A stretch of DNA of 64,000 nucleotides from positions 1 to 64,000 of the IMG/VR virus record IMGVR_UViG_3300032893_000735, one strand, 5' to 3'. The position numbers and the translations under genes were made by a program. The DNA is from a virus. This document shows positions 18,999-28,700 of this stretch, one piece after another. Within the stretch, counting starts at the first letter, position 1, and every line of letters starts with the position of its first letter. A model generated the notes under the pieces. That model searched no databases and had not been told where the DNA came from. It saw only the letters and a list, made by a program, of their open reading frames with translations.

Positions 18999-21758
18999 TC
19001 AATTCCAGATTGTGTATCGATACGTGCTTGTGTCCGATGCACCACACTGTTCTTTGAATCCTGAACCACTTGATGGAGTATTCATAAATGGCTGCGCTGG
19101 TGTTCCACCACTTGTCTCCATCGTCACTGTAACGTCTGATCCTGTCACGAAGTTTGAATTAGAGATTGAAATATTGCCGCCTGCCGTGCAGGTGAATGTC
19201 CCCCTGCGCGCTGCAGTTGGAGTTACAGCGCCGTCTGGAGATATGGTGAGGGCTAGGGTCCTGTTCGGTGCGATCAACACAGGAGAGGAATTGATTGTAT
19301 CCAGAACAAGTCCCCCGCCACTCGCGTTGGCTGATTCCACAACTATTGAATGATTTGGCCATGCGCCCACTGGAGACGATCCGCCGATAGCATAGATAGA
19401 TCCCTCTTGGGTGCCGCCATATAGATAGGCGCTCGCACTTGCACCTTCCGCTGGAGACGTAAACGAACTTCCATTGGAGGCCGTCATTGTATAGACGCTT
19501 ACTGCTCCAGCGGGTGTCACATAAAATGGATTGCTTGATGGGGTTGTGCTTGACCCCACACCAAATGATCCGCCAGAAAAAACCGCAGTCTGCATCCTAT
19601 CTGGGGTAAACAATATCGGTACATTGGTTTCTGTACTTAAAACGGTGCCTCCCGTGTTTTGACCTTCGATAACGGCAGAATTGTTCGGCCATACGCTAAC
19701 GGGGGATGAGGGTCCGACTGCAAGGATTGATCCCATCAAATCTGCCGTGATCGCCTGCCCGTAGTAGAGAGGGAGATTCGAGGCTCCTTCTGCCTGCGCG
19801 ACGGTGGCTAGATTTGGCGTTTGATTTATCGGGTTCGTGTTTCCTCCCTGCCCCACGTTGCCGTTAATAAACCCAAGCGATGTTAGACTCACAACGTTGG
19901 CAGGTGAGCAGAACGGCTGATTTGCCGTGGACTCAAACTCGCCGCCGATGATGATTACATTGCCATAGGTGCCGGTACTGCTGAAGTCAAAGGCGCACGT
20001 CGCAACCCCCTCGACCGAGGGATTGATAAATCGGATATTATTTATTGATCCCGTTCCGAACGTGACCTTGGACCCATTATTTGTTTTCAGATTTGTAAAC
20101 TCGGTCGTATCGCTGTTCTGGATGAAAACGCCTGTATTTGTGCCGGAAAGCTCATCATTGTCAAAATGCAAATCACCTCCCGGCGCAGGTACGTTATAGT
20201 AAATTCCGTATCCACCGATTAGGTTATCGATACGTAAATCTTCCACCCAACCTACAATCTCTCCGGTATCCATGTAGACCCCTCCCCAGAGGCCATTCAT
20301 GGCTATGTTTCGATAGCGGAAACCACTCGAACTTGTTGTGTAAATACCATATCCCGCCGTTGGAGTGATACTGCTGGACTGATAAATCTGGAAGTCTTCA
20401 AGAATAGGTCCATTGCTGTACTGTGTTGAGGTTCCGGTAGGAGCCGTATAATTTACGCTGAAAACGTGGTTTGTGGCTGATCGATTCCAAATCGTTGTGG
20501 TCCCGGCTCCTGCTCCGATAATAGAAATCGCGTTCGTTACTGAAAGATCGCTCGTGACATTGTAATTTCCTGGGCGGAGATAGACATTTGACCCTGAGTT
20601 TATCGCCGCTTGGATCGCCAGTGTGTCGTCGTGGTTTACAGTAGCCCCAGAAACCGTGGTAGAGGCCGAGGCGGCCAGTGTGAATGTGTTACCCAAAATA
20701 TTCGATACTGTTGTGATAAGCTCTGCACCGCCCCCTCCCGCACCATGAACTGCAATGCCCATTCCTACCAACCAACCGGATGCACTAACCACTGTAAGGG
20801 CGTTATTACCAGACGAGATGGACCCGGTTGTTGTCGTAATTACTCCTGCCCCGTTATAGATGGATACCGGATCGACCATACCCACCGTTCCAACCACAGA
20901 CCCGTTACTACAAATGCTTCCCGGCAAAGCGCCTAGGGGGCACGACCCTCCAGAGGTTATCCCATTGGTAGCCGCGACGGTACCTGCGTTCACCGTGCCT
21001 GTTGTCGTAATCGATCCCGTAGTATTTGCCGTAGGCAAAGTCCCGCTAGTTCCGCTCGAAATCGGCAAGGTCTGGACGTAGCTATTCGTGTTGCTGGCGA
21101 AATAACTAGATTCACCGCCGGAAGTAGACCCAACCCAAATCTGATACGAAACAGCGTTGGTAACCACAGCCCACGCCCAAGTAATGCTACTGGTAGAACC
21201 AGTAGTCGTGACTAATGCCGATTCGTTGGTAGCTGCCGTGTGATTGCCAGCCGCGTCTATAGCTACAATATAAGCGTAGTTACTTCCCGCCGCGACCGTA
21301 CCGCCGGTTGTAGACGGAGTTCCGGTTGGGGTTCCCGCGTTAGACAAAGCAACCGCAGTAAGCGCCCCAACAGTCAGACTTCCGTTGATCGTTCCGCCGC
21401 CGTTGAAACTGCCATTCGAGCAGACATTCGAAACGGTCTGCGACCCCTGACTGGGCGAGGAGATTGCTTCGTTTACACAGTACCCCAAGGCCATATAGTA
21501 ATCGTAGTTACCGTTCGGGTCGGCAGTCACCGTCGCCCCAGAAATAGGAGACGACAACCCTGGGTCAGAATAAATTGTAGCCGCCGAACCAGTCGAAGCC
21601 GAAGTTACGACAACTGTAGCGTAGGGCACAACCTCCGCCTTTACCCCGCCATTTGAGCGAGCGAGGACTTGGCTTACCCGGTGGTATCCCGTAGTAGCCT
21701 GAGACAGTCCGAAAAATGGACAAACGATAAGTAGTGCCGCGAGAATAAACTTCTTCAT
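18999..21758 (-). CDS. Tailspike/fibre-like protein with a pectate-lyase-like beta helix and a signal-peptide-like N-terminus
   Basis: DDTLAIQAAINSG..VYLRPGNY; N-terminus MKKFILAALLIVCPFFGLSQ. Confidence 0.7.
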   Translation of the reverse strand: MKKFILAALLIVCPFFGLSQATTGYHRVSQVLARSNGGVKAEVVPYATVVVTSASTGSAATIYSDPGLSSPISGATVTADPNGNYDYYMALGYCVNEAISSPSQGSQTVSNVCSNGSFNGGGTINGSLTVGALTAVALSNAGTPTGTPSTTGGTVAAGSNYAYIVAIDAAGNHTAATNESALVTTTGSTSSITWAWAVVTNAVSYQIWVGSTSGGESSYFASNTNSYVQTLPISSGTSGTLPTANTTGSITTTGTVNAGTVAATNGITSGGSCPLGALPGSICSNGSVVGTVGMVDPVSIYNGAGVITTTTGSISSGNNALTVVSASGWLVGMGIAVHGAGGGGAELITTVSNILGNTFTLAASASTTVSGATVNHDDTLAIQAAINSGSNVYLRPGNYNVTSDLSVTNAISIIGAGAGTTTIWNRSATNHVFSVNYTAPTGTSTQYSNGPILEDFQIYQSSSITPTAGYGIYTTSSSGFRYRNIAMNGLWGGVYMDTGEIVGWVEDLRIDNLIGGYGIYYNVPAPGGDLHFDNDELSGTNTGVFIQNSDTTEFTNLKTNNGSKVTFGTGSINNIRFINPSVEGVATCAFDFSSTGTYGNVIIIGGEFESTANQPFCSPANVVSLTSLGFINGNVGQGGNTNPINQTPNLATVAQAEGASNLPLYYGQAITADLMGSILAVGPSSPVSVWPNNSAVIEGQNTGGTVLSTETNVPILFTPDRMQTAVFSGGSFGVGSSTTPSSNPFYVTPAGAVSVYTMTASNGSSFTSPAEGASASAYLYGGTQEGSIYAIGGSSPVGAWPNHSIVVESANASGGGLVLDTINSSPVLIAPNRTLALTISPDGAVTPTAARRGTFTCTAGGNISISNSNFVTGSDVTVTMETSGGTPAQPFMNTPSSGSGFKEQCGASDTSTYRYTIWN

Positions 21759-22064
21759 TTAGCCCTCGGTGGTGTTGATTCCAATATTCGGAATGGTTAT
21801 ACTTGCCCCAGACGGGGTGGATATATTTTCAGTGACCATGTAGTTCAGAGGGATGTAATAGTCATAGTTCCCGTTCTGGTCGGAGGTCACTGTGGAGTTA
21901 GGAATCAGATGCAGCAGCAGAGGGTCGGAGTAGATTTTAGCTTGCGCTCCCGTTGCGGTTTCCGTGCAGTGAATCCTAGCTCCGGGGACGATAAGAAGGC
22001 TGCAATGTTCGCCCCTCGCCGTGACACTGTTTGTTCTGTAGAATCCTTTGGTTGCGTTTGCCAC
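21759..22064 (-). CDS. Stand-alone copy of the fibre N-terminal domain
   Basis: IYSDP...VTSDQNGNYDYYIPLNY matches the N-termini of 18999-21758 and 43248-45953. Confidence 0.65.
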   Translation of the reverse strand: MANATKGFYRTNSVTARGEHCSLLIVPGARIHCTETATGAQAKIYSDPLLLHLIPNSTVTSDQNGNYDYYIPLNYMVTENISTPSGASITIPNIGINTTEG

Positions 22065-22774
22065 TATCGCCTCCCCTGCTGAACTGCCTGCATCTGCCTC
22101 ATACTATCCAGTTTGTCTTTCAGCCATATATTCTTTTGCGATTCTGATAGTCCTTCGGCAACGTCTGTTAGTTGCGTGTAGAACAACTGCATAGCTGGGC
22201 CGAATCGTGGATCATTCATGTATTCGTAACTCTTCGCCTGAAAACCTTGGTTGAAGAGAAAACTTAGATAATCCGGGATGGGTGTCCATGTCTGGCTTGT
22301 AGTTTCGAAAAGTTGGGCTGCGTTTTGATGCTCGACCACAATTTCGTAGACCTTATCCGGCGCGGGAAAGACCCTGAAAGTGATATTACCCAAACCGTCG
22401 TCGGCTACTGCCGAAATACGTGTAGGCTGGTTAGGAAGAGATTCCCCAGCAGTAATCAACTCGATCTTGAGTTCCTGAGCCGAGTATCCATTTTGTGGAT
22501 CATAGCAAGTCGCCTTCTCCATCCACCCGAAATTAGGCAGAGCGATTTTGTAATCCGTCTGTCCGATTACGGTCGTGAACGTAGGATTCTGTGGAGACGC
22601 AGTAGTCCGGTTCCACCTCCACGCGAACGGAGGAGCCAGGATAGTCTGCATCACCCAGTCCGCGTTAGAGAAAGCGGGGTCGTTGGCTGTGTTCGATGTG
22701 AACGTAAGCGGAGACAGCCTGATAAATTGTTGGGCGAGAGCTATCGTCCGTGATAGTTCAATCGTACTAGCCAT
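22064..22774 (-). CDS. Head-tail adaptor-like protein
   Basis: FAWRWNR, GWMEKA, FRVFPAPDKVY, PIPDY motifs. Confidence 0.55.
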   Translation of the reverse strand: MASTIELSRTIALAQQFIRLSPLTFTSNTANDPAFSNADWVMQTILAPPFAWRWNRTTASPQNPTFTTVIGQTDYKIALPNFGWMEKATCYDPQNGYSAQELKIELITAGESLPNQPTRISAVADDGLGNITFRVFPAPDKVYEIVVEHQNAAQLFETTSQTWTPIPDYLSFLFNQGFQAKSYEYMNDPRFGPAMQLFYTQLTDVAEGLSESQKNIWLKDKLDSMRQMQAVQQGRR

Positions 22775-23186
22775 TTGCCGTCCTCGGTGGGAAGAGTTCT
22801 TCGGGGAGGTTCTTGAAAATTACTTGTGTCAGTCTTTGCGTCTGGGTTTCCAACATGTTCATAAAAAACGGAGTAGTAGTTTCGGATAAATGGGGTTGGG
22901 CGAAGACGTGAAACGGATCTAGGAAAAAATGCACAAGTTCGTGCGTCAGGGCGACCGCGAGTTTATCGTAACTGCCTTCCTCGAAATCTCGTTTCGCAGG
23001 CAAGAAAGTTATGATGTCCGCAAAAAGATAAACCGAGTTCAGATGGGTTTCCGCGTAGGTCATCCCGTCGTCCTCGTCCTTATGGCTAATCTTTATGCTC
23101 CAACTTTGCAGGTCGAAATACTCGGCAACGTTCTGCACAAATACTTCGACCCACTTTTCAAATGTAATTTCCGGCTTCTTAGCCAT
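22767..23186 (-). CDS. HExxH metallopeptidase-like protein
   Basis: LTHELVH motif. Confidence 0.55.
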   Translation of the reverse strand: MAKKPEITFEKWVEVFVQNVAEYFDLQSWSIKISHKDEDDGMTYAETHLNSVYLFADIITFLPAKRDFEEGSYDKLAVALTHELVHFFLDPFHVFAQPHLSETTTPFFMNMLETQTQRLTQVIFKNLPEELFPPRTANG

Positions 23187-23201
23187 AAGATCCTTAGAAT
23201 A

Positions 23202-23813
23202 CTAGTTATCGTCGCGCAAAAATGAATCGTGCTGTGCCTTGAGCGGGTCCATAAACTGACGGTCACCCGCGCGAGAAATCTTGTTGAATGAACCCTTGCG
23301 CCGCCAGTAGGTGTAATCGTGGCCCTGTTTATCGACCGGATCTTCTGGGTGGAACTGCCGACCACAAGTCGCGCAAATGCCGATGTCCACCTGAGCGTCT
23401 GTCCGGTGCCATACAATAGAAGTGCGACCGTGGACATCCTTGGTTTCTCCAAGACCACCTGCGATGTGTTCGCACCATTCCTCTTGCAGCTTCCGGGTAG
23501 CACGCTGCCGTCTGCGGGTTTCTGCGGCCTGTTCCAAGAACATCTTTTCGTTCGCTTCTCGGGCAAGTTCTTCTTTGGTCTTGATGACTTCCCGAGGCTC
23601 GGTTGTCTTCAGGATAGCCGCTGCTAGTTTTTCATTGGCTTCTGCTGCGGCCTTCTGAGACTCCAGCAACTGCTGCTTCATGGTTGCAATAAGGGTAAGA
23701 AGACCTTCGGAAGAAATAGGGTTTGCGGAAGTATCTACCGCTTCAGATTCATTATTAGTGGGCCGTGCCATACGCTCTCCAAGTTTAATCCAAACTAACG
23801 GATGTTTGTCCAT
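23202..23813 (-). CDS. Hypothetical protein (coiled coil plus CxxC); likely start 23771
   Basis: GGAG precedes MARPTNN. Confidence 0.6.
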   Translation of the reverse strand: MDKHPLVWIKLGERMARPTNNESEAVDTSANPISSEGLLTLIATMKQQLLESQKAAAEANEKLAAAILKTTEPREVIKTKEELAREANEKMFLEQAAETRRRQRATRKLQEEWCEHIAGGLGETKDVHGRTSIVWHRTDAQVDIGICATCGRQFHPEDPVDKQGHDYTYWRRKGSFNKISRAGDRQFMDPLKAQHDSFLRDDN

Positions 23814-23880
23814 TTTCTGGACGGGTTATTGCGCTCAAATTATTTAGATTGCGCGTAAAATATCGTAGTTGCGCGGAAAC

Positions 23881-24576
23881 TTATAGCTTCTTTGCGTTTC
23901 GGAAATCGTGCAGCTTCTTGTACCACAAGGAGTTAACTCCTCCAGACGGAGAGCCGAACTCGGTATTGCACTGTTCTTCCGTCAGGATCCCACCTTGAAT
24001 AAATCGAAGCAAGGCGGATCTCCACCCCATCTGGGTACAACGCTGTAAAACATCCCTCTCATTAAACTCATACTCCGAGTATTCGGGCATCATCCCGAGG
24101 GTTACGTACCCGCAATACTTGAAGGATTGATTCTGCCATTCTGGTTTGTTAGTTCCAGATGTGGCGTACAGAGCCAGATCGCCTTTGACTCCGCCTTCGG
24201 TTACGTAAAGCTGCGGGTAGACATGGAGTAGCTTCTGGAGGAATACGGAGCAATCCAGGTACTTGCCCGGACGCTTATCATAGAAGAAATCTTGGTCAGG
24301 ATGGCGTTGTCGCCTCGTACCTTCCGAGTTGTAGTTCATCTCTCGGAGGCGAGCAGTGTGCTCCGCCATGCTCAGCCGTGGGGCTTTCTGGCACAAGGAG
24401 CACTGAGGCTCATATCCTGTTTTATAGGAAGAATTTCGGTCAAAGAATTTCCACCGAAGCCAGCGAAAACATGAGACACATTCGGCCCCGAGAACCTCAT
24501 CAGAGACGCCCGCCTCATAGTCCACAATGTCGTAATCACTTTGGATCGTCGGGTTATACATTAGTTCGGCACCCAC
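23881..24576 (-). CDS. Hypothetical protein with a Zn-finger-like N-terminus
   Basis: 231 aa; CVSC...CSLC. Confidence 0.6.
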   Translation of the reverse strand: MGAELMYNPTIQSDYDIVDYEAGVSDEVLGAECVSCFRWLRWKFFDRNSSYKTGYEPQCSLCQKAPRLSMAEHTARLREMNYNSEGTRRQRHPDQDFFYDKRPGKYLDCSVFLQKLLHVYPQLYVTEGGVKGDLALYATSGTNKPEWQNQSFKYCGYVTLGMMPEYSEYEFNERDVLQRCTQMGWRSALLRFIQGGILTEEQCNTEFGSPSGGVNSLWYKKLHDFRNAKKL

Positions 24577-24842
24577 AACTTAGGAGTCTGCGGTTTATTA
24601 GGATCGGGGAAGGCTTCGTTCAGTTTTTCTTCAATAGCCTTTACTGTGGCTTCTGCGAGTTCGTTGTCTTCGGCGTTGTCTGCGCTAACTGCAATGTCTC
24701 GTTCTAGAGTTACAGATCCGTCGCTCTGCCTGACCACCAAAGCGAGAACTCTGCCGATGACATTTTCTTGGGAGAACACGCAGTTTCCGTAGTAATCATC
24801 ATCCGGCTCTTCGTCTTTATATACATCTACCCAAACTGCCAT
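24561..24842 (-). CDS. Hypothetical acidic protein
   Basis: GAGG RBS, 93 aa. Confidence 0.55.
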   Translation of the reverse strand: MAVWVDVYKDEEPDDDYYGNCVFSQENVIGRVLALVVRQSDGSVTLERDIAVSADNAEDNELAEATVKAIEEKLNEAFPDPNKPQTPKLWVPN

Positions 24843-24905
24843 TTGAATCCTCAGTCCATTTTTCGGACAAATCCGGTTTTTTACGAGACCCGGAAACTCG
24901 GTTGA

Positions 24906-25649
24906 TTACAGAGCGCTGAGCGAGAACTCGGTCGGAGTCACGCCGACCACAGACGTAGAGCCAGTGAAGGACATCGTGGCGAAGAAGTTCAAGTCTGAGT
25001 ATGCCGACACTGACAGACCAGTAGTATACGCACGAGTCGTATAAGTCGGGGTCGTATTGTACGCGGGACCGTAATGGATGCCCCAGAATTCTCCGCCCAC
25101 AATGGCCGCAGTAGAATCCCAGAACATAGAAGCGTTGCAGAAGAAATCATAGGTTCCTGTCGCCGCCGTGGTTGTGCCCGGAACAGCGAATACAGACTTA
25201 GCAGCGGATACCAACGCAGCGTTGCCAGACAAACCAGCCGCCATCGCCGTAGCCATCTGGGCTGCGGTAGCCTGATAAACCGTGATAGTGGGGGCAGCAG
25301 TAACCGCCAGAGTACCGATGGTGTATCGACCTTGGATCTGAATCGAGAACGGATGTCCGTCAAACGAAGAAGAGCTAAAGTACGGACGAGCGCCGCGATA
25401 GTCCTGACCAGGACGACCGAGGTTTCCGCCAAGAACTGCGGGGTTCTCGTTCACATCAATAGGTCCGTTGGAGCCGATAACTGCTGTCTGCAACGGAAGC
25501 GAAATGAAAAACGGAAGGTTGGTCCCTGAATCGGTAACGGTCTGGAATACGCCAGACGAAGCAGAACCGCTTGTAATTGCGCTTACGGTTGCGAGATTGT
25601 TCCTCTTTGAGCCGTAGACAGCGGAGGCAAAAGTATCACTATTAGGCAT
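24906..25649 (-). CDS. Putative virion structural/decoration protein (paralogue family)
   Basis: FDGHPF...FWDST...SDLNF...TEFSL motifs shared with three genes at 48.9-51.4 kb. Confidence 0.55.
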   Translation of the reverse strand: MPNSDTFASAVYGSKRNNLATVSAITSGSASSGVFQTVTDSGTNLPFFISLPLQTAVIGSNGPIDVNENPAVLGGNLGRPGQDYRGARPYFSSSSFDGHPFSIQIQGRYTIGTLAVTAAPTITVYQATAAQMATAMAAGLSGNAALVSAAKSVFAVPGTTTAATGTYDFFCNASMFWDSTAAIVGGEFWGIHYGPAYNTTPTYTTRAYTTGLSVSAYSDLNFFATMSFTGSTSVVGVTPTEFSLSAL

Positions 25650-25695
25650 TTAAAGCTCCTTGTTGGTTGTGGGTTGGTCTTTGCCGCTACGGGCA

Positions 25696-26331
25696 TTAGG
25701 AAAGAGTTGTAGCTTTGTTGACTTTTTCAACTATCGGATTGAAGATCGCATCTGCGGCTAGTTTGCCGTTCTTGAGATAAATTGCAGCCATTCCGCCGGG
25801 TTCGACTAGGACGCATTTATGATCCCCGTACAGCCAATTTCCGGCCTCGTGTACGATGCTGCTATGAGCTACCACCATAGTAGGAACTCCGCATTCCATA
25901 GCAATTTCGCAGGCTTCGGCTAAACAGGGTTGGATGCGCCCCCTGAACTGGTTGATTGACTCTCCGCCGGGGATAGGTACATCGGGGTTGTCGGCGTAAG
26001 AAGCGACTTCTGCTTCTGCTTCGGGAGTCTTAGGTTTTCCAGAATAATTACCCACGTTCAGCGCCCGCAGATTTTCTGTCTTATGGATAGGCCGGTCGCC
26101 GTCCATTTTGGATATGATTTCTGCTGTTTGAACGGCCCTCTTTTTATCGGAGCAAAAAATATGGGAGATTTCAATATGCTTTAGAAGTTCTGCTACTTCT
26201 TTTGCTTGTTTGACTCCAGTAGCGTCTAACGGCGGATCGGCAGACCCACGAAATTTTCGGGCGGCGTTCAGCGCGGTTTGGCCGTGCCGGATGAGATAGC
26301 AAAGTATATTAGAGGAATCAGATAGCTGCAT
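25696..26331 (-). CDS. Histidine phosphatase (phosphoglycerate mutase-like)
   Basis: IRHGQT, PGGES and VVAH motifs. Confidence 0.9.
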   Translation of the reverse strand: MQLSDSSNILCYLIRHGQTALNAARKFRGSADPPLDATGVKQAKEVAELLKHIEISHIFCSDKKRAVQTAEIISKMDGDRPIHKTENLRALNVGNYSGKPKTPEAEAEVASYADNPDVPIPGGESINQFRGRIQPCLAEACEIAMECGVPTMVVAHSSIVHEAGNWLYGDHKCVLVEPGGMAAIYLKNGKLAADAIFNPIVEKVNKATTLS

Positions 26332-26728
26332 TTTTCTCTCCGGATTTCTTCCGCTTCTTAGGCTCCGGAGCAGCCTCTACGGGTTCGTCCATTTTCTGGA
26401 CATCGGAGTTGTCGATAACTTCCGGCTCTCCGAACATTGTTTTTGTGGTGACGCCTGCGGTAAGTGGACCCGACGATTCTGTCTCTTCACTCGGAGCCGG
26501 GAACTCGAACTGGATGCCTTCGAATTCGGCCTCCAGCTTTTCCCTGAAATACTTGAAGTCCTCGTGCTGGACATAAGGGGACTTCTTGTTGTAAAGGAGT
26601 TCAAACGCAAAAGACCGATAACCCATATCCGCTGATTCGTTACGGACAAGGTCTCGGAGTACGTGGTCTGGAAATGATTTGAGGTGTTGGTGCTTATCGT
26701 CGAAAGGGTCAGCTAGTTTACGGGGCAT
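26318..26728 (-). CDS. Hypothetical protein
   Basis: GAGG RBS, 136 aa. Confidence 0.6.
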   Translation of the reverse strand: MPRKLADPFDDKHQHLKSFPDHVLRDLVRNESADMGYRSFAFELLYNKKSPYVQHEDFKYFREKLEAEFEGIQFEFPAPSEETESSGPLTAGVTTKTMFGEPEVIDNSDVQKMDEPVEAAPEPKKRKKSGEKNAAI

Positions 26729-26745
26729 AATCCTCTTTATAAATA

Positions 26746-26925
26746 GCAGGTCGTTTTATGTAAAGTTTTGGACGGGCGTTGCCCGGTTTGTTTTCTGGGT
26801 AACTTGGCTAAGAGATCGTCTTTCGCCGCTGTTGGCCCGTTGGAACAAACCTGCCAGAACGGCTTCTTCTCAGACTCAGGGCTAGTGAATCCTTGATTCG
26901 GCCACTTCACGGTACAACGACCTGC
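26746..26925 (-). ncRNA. Putative structured ncRNA (180 nt)
   Basis: Perfect 10-bp closing stem GCAGGTCGTT/AACGACCTGC, nested stems, pseudoknot GGTTTGTT/AACAAACC. Confidence 0.5.
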
Positions 26926-27104
26926 CTAAAGTCCAGAAACTGGACTAAACTTATGGGCCTCCGCAGAGCTTCTAGAAAGCAACTCCTAGCTCGCACGTCT
27001 AAGAGGGGAGAGGCCCAACTTGGGGCCGGGGAAGATGAAAGGAGAGGAAAATCTTCCCCGGCGGACGCGCCTGGATTTATCAAGGAGGCGGCGCGTCAAT
27101 CTAA

Positions 27105-27238
27105 TTGTGCGGGTCGGTTGGTTATCCCATCCCGACTGCCGAGAGTCTTCCGCTGGTTTATTCACCTTCGTCAGTTGACCCCTACTTTATCTCGGCGGTA
27201 GTCATTGTCCCTGCGGGTCTATCCCCGCCGCCGCACAA
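27105..27238 (-). ncRNA. Putative structured ncRNA (134 nt)
   Basis: Closing stem TTGTGCGG/CCGCACAA; internal GCGGG/CCCGC, GCCGAGA/TCTCGGC, GTCGG/CCGAC. Confidence 0.45.
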
Positions 27239-27240
27239 AC

Positions 27241-27456
27241 TTATCTAACTCTAGAGTGTTCAAACTTTCCGCGAATGTGTTCGTTGTAATACTTTCCGTG
27301 GCTAGGTGCGGCTTGCAATTCCAAAGCCTTTTGTACTGGAACTCCATGATGAGCTATCGTACCACCATTAAGCCGAAGAGTCAACCTTTCGGTGTCGGGG
27401 TCGTAGGACGCCTCGTGGACATGGGAGCTGGGCTTGAGTTTAAGTTTCTGGTCCAC
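27241..27456 (-). CDS. KTSC domain protein
   Basis: SSHV..ASYDP....L...NGG.....GVP.......AAPSHGKYYN..IRG. Confidence 0.85.
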   Translation of the reverse strand: MDQKLKLKPSSHVHEASYDPDTERLTLRLNGGTIAHHGVPVQKALELQAAPSHGKYYNEHIRGKFEHSRVR

Positions 27457-27638
27457 TACTTGGCCTTGCCCTTGACTTTCTTGAGCTTCGGATTCTTTGC
27501 TTTCGCCGCCTTACTAGCCCCACGAGTCGCACTCGCAAGAATTGCGCCAGCGGACTCCTTGCTGTATCCACTCTTCTGGATCTTCTTTTGGACCGCTGCA
27601 AAACCCGGATGTTTCTCTGCCATATTTCCTCCGTCCAT
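27456..27638 (-). CDS. Small basic protein (likely start MAEKHPG at 27623)
   Basis: GGAGG RBS; Lys/Ala-rich. Confidence 0.7.
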   Translation of the reverse strand: MDGGNMAEKHPGFAAVQKKIQKSGYSKESAGAILASATRGASKAAKAKNPKLKKVKGKAK

Positions 27639-27649
27639 TCTGAATTAAA

Positions 27650-27954
27650 TTTGCCGGTTTGACTCCCGTCGGAGCAGAGGACCGGCGGCCTCCGACCACG
27701 CGATTTGAGGACTGTTAGTAGCCTTGCGCGGGCAATATGTTAGGTTCAGGAGAGGGATTTTACTCTCATTCCCCACTAAATCGGGGTCTTAGTTAGATGA
27801 TCCTGACCTCTTCGATACGTAGGAAACACAACTACGCTCGGTGAACTATTGCCGCCGAAGCCACATTAGATGCTCCGGTTTCTCCTGCAAGAGCGGATGA
27901 TTTGTGGGCAGAGGTTGCAGCCTTCTGCTTTTTGTCACCCCTTTAATCGGCAAA
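27650..27954 (-). ncRNA. Putative large structured ncRNA (~305 nt) with an internal tRNA-like domain
   Basis: Closing stem TTTGCCGATT/AACCGGCAAA; GGCAATA/TATTGCC, GTGGCTT/AGGCTAC; no credible ORF; downstream of a promoter. Confidence 0.4.
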
Positions 27955-28037
27955 ACTTGGGAGCCTGACATCGTTCCGCTTCGGCTCCCTAAATCGCCGG
28001 GAAACGATAAAAACCGGCGAACTAAACAACTAAAAAC

Positions 28038-28066
28038 AGTGTACCATTACTTTTTCGGTTTGTCAA
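28038..28066 (-). promoter_or_regulatory. sigma70 promoter for the ncRNA/KTSC cluster
   Basis: TTGACA-N17-TACACT with extended TG. Confidence 0.7.
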
Positions 28067-28287
28067 GGGGTTTCATGAAAATTATACTATCAGTCTTGAC
28101 TACGATACCAGAATGTGATGGGCACGGCTTGAAGTCACCGGGAAACTTAACCAACTTGTCCATTATTTGGACTCCTTTGGGGTGATATTCTTGACCCGCC
28201 AGACCAAACCAGTTCGGTTGTTAACTGGGAACGGTGGGATAACAACTCCTTGAGTATAAATCCTCGGAACACCATCTGTCAAGAGCT

Positions 28288-28362
28288 TCACTTCTTTTTC
28301 CTCGGCTTCTTGGCTTTCTTCGGCTTCGGCTTACCATAGTAGGTCGCGGTTGTGTTGGGCAT
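28288..28362 (-). CDS. 24-aa basic micropeptide MPNTTATYYGKPKPKKAKKPRKKK
   Basis: Read directly from the sequence; AGGA before ATG; below the ORF-track cutoff. Confidence 0.4.
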   Translation of the reverse strand: MPNTTATYYGKPKPKKAKKPRKKK

Positions 28363-28534
28363 TCCTGTTGTCACTGATGCGGGGCTGGTAGGCATGTATT
28401 TTATCCTCTTGGTTTTGGGCAAGGAACGGGAAAACATTCTTAATCGCCGCTAGTATTCCGTCACTATACCCGGTCCAGTAGTCCTCGCCTCCGTGTTGTG
28501 TTGGTTTACGGCTCGGCGGTTTCGTTTCGGGCAT
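28331..28534 (-). CDS. Hypothetical protein (MPETKPP...)
   Basis: AAGGA RBS before the ATG at 28534. Confidence 0.4.
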   Translation of the reverse strand: MPETKPPSRKPTQHGGEDYWTGYSDGILAAIKNVFPFLAQNQEDKIHAYQPRISDNRNAQHNRDLLW

Positions 28535-28700
28535 AAGATTCCTTTTCCAGACCTTCGATGAAAGTGAGGAGGTTTCGGGCGAGGACCGTCTGGCCGTCCT
28601 CGTACCCGTCGTAATAATCGGGGGAGGCGTCGGAAATATCATCGACGCAGAAATCGCGGGTGCTAAGTTCGGACATCCAGGTGGTTAGTTTAGAGAGCAT
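28506..28700 (-). CDS. Hypothetical protein
   Basis: Coupled to the upstream HNH gene; GGAGG RBS. Confidence 0.55.
   Translation of the reverse strand: MLSKLTTWMSELSTRDFCVDDISDASPDYYDGYEDGQTVLARNLLTFIEGLEKESYARNETAEP

Noticed and set aside
26746-26925. 6S RNA or tmRNA
   Set aside because: The length fits 6S, but the pairing is multi-branched rather than a rod with a central bubble; no tmRNA acceptor/T-arm ends or tag ORF were found.
27742-27808. Ochre-suppressor tRNA
   Set aside because: The anticodon loop is 6 nt, the T and D arms are degenerate and there is no CCA; it is treated as a domain of a larger RNA.
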